DNA of 13,125 nucleotides from a virus (Duplodnaviria; Heunggongvirae; Uroviricota; Caudoviricetes): IMG/VR virus record IMGVR_UViG_2585427787_000002; one strand, 5' to 3'. Shown piece by piece: positions 8,988 to 13,125 of this stretch (position 1 is its first letter; each line of letters starts with the position of its first letter). The notes under the pieces were generated by a model. It saw only the letters and a program-made list of their open reading frames with translations, ran no database searches and was not told where the DNA came from. The position numbers and the translations under genes were made by a program.

Positions 8988-9683
8988 AACGCACACCTCC
9001 GGAAATACCTTCCCCAAGATGCATCAGTTCTTCGTCCGTTCGCTCCGGTATCCCGTTCTCTTCCGGTAAAAGGCTGAAATCAGCCACCGCAGCATCACTG
9101 CTGCCGGACACCATTCTCACGATCAATGCCTTCAGCGAGGCAAACTGCGCATCCATCCACACATCACTGAAGCTCTGCATCCGGAAATAATCGCCCCACT
9201 CACCAAGCTCAGTGGCCGACATTTCCGACAGCATCCGCCGCCAGTCTGCCCGCCGGAACTCCCGGGCAAGCCGCATGACAAACTGCATTTCCCGCGTCAG
9301 GACTTTTCCGGCGTCAGCACCTCATGCTCCAAATCCCCGGCATTCTCAATGGCTCCCATACCGCTCAGCGACAGAACCATCTCCGCCCCCGCTCCCAGGG
9401 CATCATACGACCATGTTGTAATAACGGATGCGCAAAGCGTCTCAACATCCTGAGACTGTTCCGCATTCCACAGTGAGCGGGAAACCAGCCAGGCATTGAT
9501 ATCCATCCCCATCCGCAGAAAAGCAATCTGTCGTTCAGCCTCCGGCAGTTCTCCCTCTTCGGCATCAAACTTTGCCGTTCGCTGCTGAACAAACGCCAGA
9601 TATTCAATTCTCTGCAGCCCGGACAGCTCACTGAGCACCACGGACTGCTTTTCATAATTAAACGTGCCCTGTTTCAGAAACAT
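8959..9683 (-). CDS. T: Tail assembly chaperone G-T fusion, made by -1 programmed ribosomal frameshift near the end of G (shift site about 9303-9309)
   Basis: The -1 frame relative to G opens directly after a TGA at 9322-9324 and runs to the stop at 8959-8961 (...MQFVMRLAREFRRADWRRMLSEMSATELGEWGDYF...), overlapping the last 7 codons of G. This is the lambda G/GT arrangement. The T frame has no independent start with an RBS upstream of the overlap. Confidence 0.7.
9297..9683 (-). CDS. G: Tail assembly chaperone G (128 aa)
   Basis: MFLKQGTFNYEKQSVVLSELSGLQRIEYLAF... resembles lambda gpG (MFLKTESFEHNGVTVTLSELSALQRIEHLAL...). Tandem ATGs at 9686 and 9683; GGAG lies 3 and 6 nt upstream respectively, so 9683 is preferred and 9686 remains possible. 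The track's upstream extension would read through the terminator hairpin. Confidence 0.85.
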   Translation of the reverse strand: MFLKQGTFNYEKQSVVLSELSGLQRIEYLAFVQQRTAKFDAEEGELPEAERQIAFLRMGMDINAWLVSRSLWNAEQSQDVETLCASVITTWSYDALGAGAEMVLSLSGMGAIENAGDLEHEVLTPEKS

Positions 9684-9699
9684 CATGTTCTCCACCTGC

Positions 9700-9723
9700 A
9701 AAAAAGCCCCGGATAACCGGGGC
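9700..9723 (-). terminator. Intrinsic terminator or attenuator between V and G
   Basis: On the minus strand: GCCCCGG-TTAT-CCGGGGC (7-bp GC stem, plus 9706-9723) followed directly by TTTTTT (plus A-run 9700-9705). It sits 20 nt after the V stop codon and abuts the G Shine-Dalgarno. Confidence 0.6.
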
Positions 9724-9743
9724 AAATGATGAGTATCGTCCTG

Positions 9744-10487
9744 TTAACCTGCGGCGCTGACAGCCACCGCAGCCACTGCCACAAAATCGCCGTCAGAAGT
9801 CATGCCCACAATGCTGACACTGCCCTGCTTCACGCCTTTCACCGTGGCCACAAGCCCGTTCAGGGTCACCGTGGCAGTCTGTGGATCTGTCGAATGCACA
9901 CTGATCGCTTTGTCACTGGCTCCGTCAGGTTTTACTGTAAAGGTCAGCGTGGTGGTTGCTCCCACTTTTACACTGGCAGATGCCGGTGCCACCGTCAGCC
10001 CGGTAACGCTCACTGTTTCAGTGCCTTCCTCTGCCAGATACGGACGCCCCACACCGCTGATTTTCACTGTGCGGGTCATCACGTCTTTTGAGGCAATGGT
10101 TTTACCCAGTGAGCTCAGCCAGCCACGGAAAACATCAACAGTGCCGTTGGGATATTTGATACGAAACGCGCAGACTTCACCGGAGTCGAACAACTGAACC
10201 AGTTTTTTCTGTCCGCTGTCACCCGGACGCCAGGCCAGCGTCGCCGAAGTATCACCGACGGATTTCTGCCCCTGGGTTGTCGTTTTCCAGTCTGCATCTT
10301 CATCATCGAGATAAGTGTCATCTTCTGCATCAGCGGTCATTTCGCCAGGTTGCAGATCCTTCACCATCGCAAGACGCAGCCAGTCAGTGTCCGATAAAGG
10401 GTTCGCAAACGCATCGCCCTTGCCGGTGTACATCCAGAACGTCGTTCCCGCACCTTTCGTTTTTGCCAGTGGATTTGGTGTGGTCAT
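9744..10487 (-). CDS. V: Major tail protein V (247 aa) with C-terminal Ig-like (Big_2-type) domain
   Basis: Start at the ATG at 10487..10485 with AAGGAGG upstream (the track's start at 10493 is a GTG). ...PNPLAKTKGAGTTFWMYTGKGDAFANPLSDTDWLRLAMVKDL...YLDDEDADW...FPNGTVDVFRGW... resembles lambda gpV; the C-terminal ~90 aa look like the Ig-like domain. Confidence 0.9.
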   Translation of the reverse strand: MTTPNPLAKTKGAGTTFWMYTGKGDAFANPLSDTDWLRLAMVKDLQPGEMTADAEDDTYLDDEDADWKTTTQGQKSVGDTSATLAWRPGDSGQKKLVQLFDSGEVCAFRIKYPNGTVDVFRGWLSSLGKTIASKDVMTRTVKISGVGRPYLAEEGTETVSVTGLTVAPASASVKVGATTTLTFTVKPDGASDKAISVHSTDPQTATVTLNGLVATVKGVKQGSVSIVGMTSDGDFVAVAAVAVSAAG

Positions 10488-10498
10488 TGCCACCTCCT

Positions 10499-10900
10499 TT
10501 AATTCGTGTACGTGATCTGGTACGTGATTTCCGCCATCGCCCAGGTGGCCATCTCATTATCACGTTGATAGTTAAAACCGAGAGGGATCAGGGTGTCGAT
10601 GAGTCCGGAAAGTGCCGGTATATCATTCAGAGCCGGGAAAATGGTGCTCTCCATCCACATATCCAGCTCTGAATCCGGTGCCTGTGCCCGGATGAAGACA
10701 GCAATATGCAGAACAGCCTGCCAGTCATCTTCATCCGTCATTTTTCCGGTGTACTGAGCATCACTCAGCCACACCGCCACGGCAGGCAGTTCCTGCGCAT
10801 CAATAAATGCCGGAAGCCCGTCAAAAAACGTGGCGCTGTCTCCACACTGTTCCCGAAGGCGTGCCAGTACGGCCTGGCGGATTTGTGTATGTCGGTTCAT
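10499..10900 (-). CDS. U: Tail terminator protein U (133 aa)
   Basis: MNRHTQIRQAVLARLREQCGDSATFFDGLPAFIDAQELPAVAVWL...PDSELDMWMES...DIPALS... resembles lambda gpU (MKHTELRAAVLDAL...ATFFDGRPAVFDE...). Start chosen at 10900 because it gives an ATGA start/stop overlap with Z; the ATG at 10912 is an alternative. Confidence 0.88.
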   Translation of the reverse strand: MNRHTQIRQAVLARLREQCGDSATFFDGLPAFIDAQELPAVAVWLSDAQYTGKMTDEDDWQAVLHIAVFIRAQAPDSELDMWMESTIFPALNDIPALSGLIDTLIPLGFNYQRDNEMATWAMAEITYQITYTN

Positions 10901-11475
10901 CGGGTCAGCCATAACCTCAGTTGTTGTTTCAGTGCATACCCCAGCTGTTTCGGCATTTCCGCAGCAATGATGCGGTCGCGGGCATCTTCAAATGCCTGTG
11001 TCAGCGGTCCGGAAAGCGGGATTTTCACCACATCAATGGGGTAACGATTTTTGCCATCAATACGCCGCATCACATGCCAGCGACCATTCGCCAGTTGCTG
11101 AATAAACGCATCCCGGAAAAGATATTTACCCACCTTCAGCACACTGCCACGGTACTGCAGTTTTCCACCACGCCGGGCCAGTCTGACCCGGGCTGTCCCC
11201 AGCTTAATGGCGGGCAGATTGCCCCGGTTAACGCGGATCCTGGCCGTCATTTTTCCTGACGGACTGGCTTTAAACACCCGGACACGCTGACGTACCAGTT
11301 TCAGGGGGATCCCTTTCACCTGGTTATCTCCCGCAACGGTATTCCCGGCAACCTGCCGGGTGGCAACCGAGACCGCTTTCTGTGCCACACGGTTTATCGC
11401 CCATGCGCTGGCCTGTGGCACCATACGGGTATCAAGGCTGTTCAGATTGCGGATGGCATTCTCAAGCCCCTTCAT
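10897..11475 (-). CDS. Z: Tail completion protein Z (192 aa)
   Basis: MKGLENAIRNLNSLDTRMVPQ... matches the lambda gpZ N-terminus (MKGLEKAIQNLNSL...). AAGAGGTG Shine-Dalgarno upstream of the ATG at 11475; position between the FII-like gene and U. Confidence 0.9.
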   Translation of the reverse strand: MKGLENAIRNLNSLDTRMVPQASAWAINRVAQKAVSVATRQVAGNTVAGDNQVKGIPLKLVRQRVRVFKASPSGKMTARIRVNRGNLPAIKLGTARVRLARRGGKLQYRGSVLKVGKYLFRDAFIQQLANGRWHVMRRIDGKNRYPIDVVKIPLSGPLTQAFEDARDRIIAAEMPKQLGYALKQQLRLWLTR

Positions 11476-11486
11476 CCCACACCTCT

Positions 11487-11762
11487 TTACTCAATAAAAA
11501 TCATTGGCTTACCGTTAAAGCGTTCATGCCGTGTGACCGTCCATTGTTGTCCGTCATAAACAACGCGATCCCCGCGCCGTGGGCGGTATCCCGAAGAAAA
11601 CACCACCAGAGAGACCGCAGGTCCGGACAGAGCATTCAGCTCTGCCAGTGTTTCTCCCGGGATCACAGTCACATCGACATCATTAATCGAGGCTGTCTTT
11701 CCCATCTTTCTGACCGTGATCGCATCCATACGCGCTGCCAGCCGGGAAAAGGGATCAGACAT
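11487..11762 (-). CDS. Head-tail joining / head completion protein at the lambda FII position (91 aa); not obviously lambda FII by sequence
   Basis: Compact ORF packed tightly between the DUF2190-like gene and Z (its start overlaps the upstream stop). Function is assigned by position; I cannot confirm the family from sequence alone. Confidence 0.6.
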   Translation of the reverse strand: MSDPFSRLAARMDAITVRKMGKTASINDVDVTVIPGETLAELNALSGPAVSLVVFSSGYRPRRGDRVVYDGQQWTVTRHERFNGKPMIFIE

Positions 11763-12078
11763 TGAGTTTTACCGGCACTTCTTCTGCACTGGTTCCGGCA
11801 TCTGCCCAGACAACCCCGACCAGCGGATCAGAGCCGCTGTTAGTCAGCTGAACTTTTCCGGACTTCAGATAAACCTTCTTACCCGTTTTCATGTCATCCG
11901 TTTTCAGCTTAGGCAGCATAAACACACCTTCGGTCATGCCGTCGCCTGTTTCACCCTGTGGAATATCGGTCAGCGCCACCGCAAAAACATCACCCACCTG
12001 CACCAGATCTCCGCTGCTGATGGCTGCACTGGCAACAATCGCCACCGTTTTTCCTTCTTCTACAAAATTCTTTGCCAT
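11755..12078 (-). CDS. DUF2190-like small head protein (capsid decoration or cement type), 107 aa
   Basis: Start at the ATG at 12078 with GGAGA 5 nt upstream (the track's start at 12123 is a TTG). MAKNFVEEGKTVAIVASAAISSGDLVQVGDVFAVALTDIPQGETGDGMTEGVFMLPK...GKKVYLKSG... fits the DUF2190 pattern as I remember it (G-rich beta protein with a GVFxLPK motif). Confidence 0.55.
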   Translation of the reverse strand: MAKNFVEEGKTVAIVASAAISSGDLVQVGDVFAVALTDIPQGETGDGMTEGVFMLPKLKTDDMKTGKKVYLKSGKVQLTNSGSDPLVGVVWADAGTSAEEVPVKLNV

Positions 12079-12121
12079 AACTGTCTCCGCACAGCCCCGT
12101 TCAGGGGCTGATTTCAGGTAC

Positions 12122-12140
12122 AAAAAAAGCCCTTACGGGC
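12122..12140 (-). terminator. Terminator-like hairpin after the capsid-like gene
   Basis: On the minus strand: GCCC-GTAA-GGGC (GNRA-type loop, plus 12129-12140) followed by TTTTTTT (plus A-run 12122-12128), about 25 nt after the stop at 12165-12167. The stem is short (4 GC pairs), so this is probably a partial terminator. Confidence 0.45.
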
Positions 12141-12164
12141 CATCAGAGTTGTTGTCTGCGACGT

Positions 12165-13125
12165 TTACGCCGTACATTTCACCAGACCGCGGTGATCAAC
12201 TGGCGCGACACCGGCGTCAATACGCACTTTCGTTGTCACGCCATCCACACTGAAGCCCTCCATCTGATCAATATATGGCGTATCCACACCGTTGAGATAA
12301 GCCACTTCAATCGTATCGGAGCCTTTTGACGCAGCCAGGTAGAAGGTGGTCTGGCTGTTATCATCAAGACGAGGCTCTGCAATAACGGTCGCAAAATCTT
12401 TCACCGGGTTAATAATACCGGCGTTAATGTCAGCCCCCTTGACACTTGAGGAGCGAATGACCTGGTTAGCAACAGACTCCATCGCCGTCGGTACCAGTAC
12501 GAACGCAGGACGAATATTCAGATGACGCTCCCCCTCTTTCTGAACGCGCATCAACTGGCGGGCTTTATCCAGCGATGCCACGTCCATTGCAGCGCTCTCC
12601 AGTACGTTTGCATGTTTCGCTTTATCGAACAGACTTACATTATCTGTGGAGATTTTCGGGTTAGACGTCAGAATGGCATAAACCAGATCGGCAATAGTGG
12701 ATTTCGCCGCACGGCCCAGTTTCATCGGGACATCGGTCAGCATATTCAGATCATCATTGATAATGGCCTGACGGGTGATACTGAACAGCTCGCCATAGGT
12801 CGCCAGTGCAATAGTGGCCTGTTTATCTCCGGTGGTGACGTATTTATATTCCGCCCCTTCACGCACCTGACGCAGAGCACTGAAGCCCCCCATACCCACA
12901 CGATGGGCAATTTTAAAATCAGACAACTGACCTTTCCGCGTCCACTGTTCATAGGTTTCAGGGGCATCTTCCCAGCCCTGCAGAATGGCTTTGTTCGCAA
13001 CATCCAGCAGAATATTACCGAAGTCAGACGTACTGTGTGTGAACGCCGCACCGACCATCTGCATCGGGTTATAACCGGAAACCCCAATACCCCGTTCAGT
13101 CAGTGACATACGGGCATATTCACGC
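12165..13125 (-). CDS. Phage head protein, probably the major capsid protein; 5' end lies beyond the window
   Basis: Long minus-strand ORF ending at 12165; the frame stays open upstream of the ATG at 13109 to the window edge, and there is no Shine-Dalgarno before 13109. It sits immediately upstream of the head-completion genes. It does not resemble lambda gpE in my reading, so family and exact role are uncertain. Confidence 0.45.
   Translation of the reverse strand, partial: REYARMSLTERGIGVSGYNPMQMVGAAFTHSTSDFGNILLDVANKAILQGWEDAPETYEQWTRKGQLSDFKIAHRVGMGGFSALRQVREGAEYKYVTTGDKQATIALATYGELFSITRQAIINDDLNMLTDVPMKLGRAAKSTIADLVYAILTSNPKISTDNVSLFDKAKHANVLESAAMDVASLDKARQLMRVQKEGERHLNIRPAFVLVPTAMESVANQVIRSSSVKGADINAGIINPVKDFATVIAEPRLDDNSQTTFYLAASKGSDTIEVAYLNGVDTPYIDQMEGFSVDGVTTKVRIDAGVAPVDHRGLVKCTA

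Noticed and set aside
8988-9017. N-terminal extension of H (MGKVFPEVCV) in the track's ORF
   Set aside because: The start at 9017 is a TTG without an RBS, whereas the ATG at 8987 has a strong GGAGGT Shine-Dalgarno and aligns with the lambda H N-terminus.
9687-9725. N-terminal extension of G (MPRLSGAFLQVEN) in the track's ORF
   Set aside because: It would be translated through the V-G terminator hairpin, and the Shine-Dalgarno and lambda gpG homology place the start at the MFLK methionine.
1-13125. Search for CRISPR arrays, tRNA or rRNA genes, integrase or att sites, IS elements, or moron insertions between tail genes
   Set aside because: No regularly spaced direct repeats, no tRNA-like or rRNA-like sequence, and the tail genes are contiguous with gaps too small (at most 60 nt) to hold an inserted gene; the only accessory gene is the partial lom at the window edge.

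Overview
The window is almost entirely the tail-morphogenesis late operon of a lambda-like (lambdoid siphovirus) prophage from an enterobacterial host, all encoded on the minus strand. Reading 5'->3' on the minus strand (high to low coordinates) the order is: a capsid-like gene running off the window edge, a DUF2190-like head protein, an FII-position head-tail joining protein, then Z-U-V-G-(G-T frameshift)-H-M-L-K-I-J, an intrinsic terminator, and the first 15 codons of a lom-like gene. Gene order, overlaps and start/stop couplings match phage lambda. J, I, K, L and M match my recollection of the lambda proteins closely; H, V, U, Z and the head genes are more diverged, so the cluster is mosaic. 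The main points worth a second look are: (1) J is split by an apparent 1-nt frameshift into 898-aa and 248-aa ORFs; (2) the J C-terminal receptor-binding region and a short internal block differ from lambda; (3) the G/T -1 recoding window carries GGAAAAG rather than lambda's GGGAAAG; (4) terminator-like hairpins sit after the capsid gene, between V and G, between I and J, and after J; (5) the tape measure protein is 1021 aa. I found no rRNA, tRNA, CRISPR array, integrase or IS element, and every plus-strand ORF in the track overlaps a minus-strand gene antisense and looks spurious. I do not see an unambiguously new system here; all homology statements are from memory of the lambda proteins and motif reading, not from a database search.
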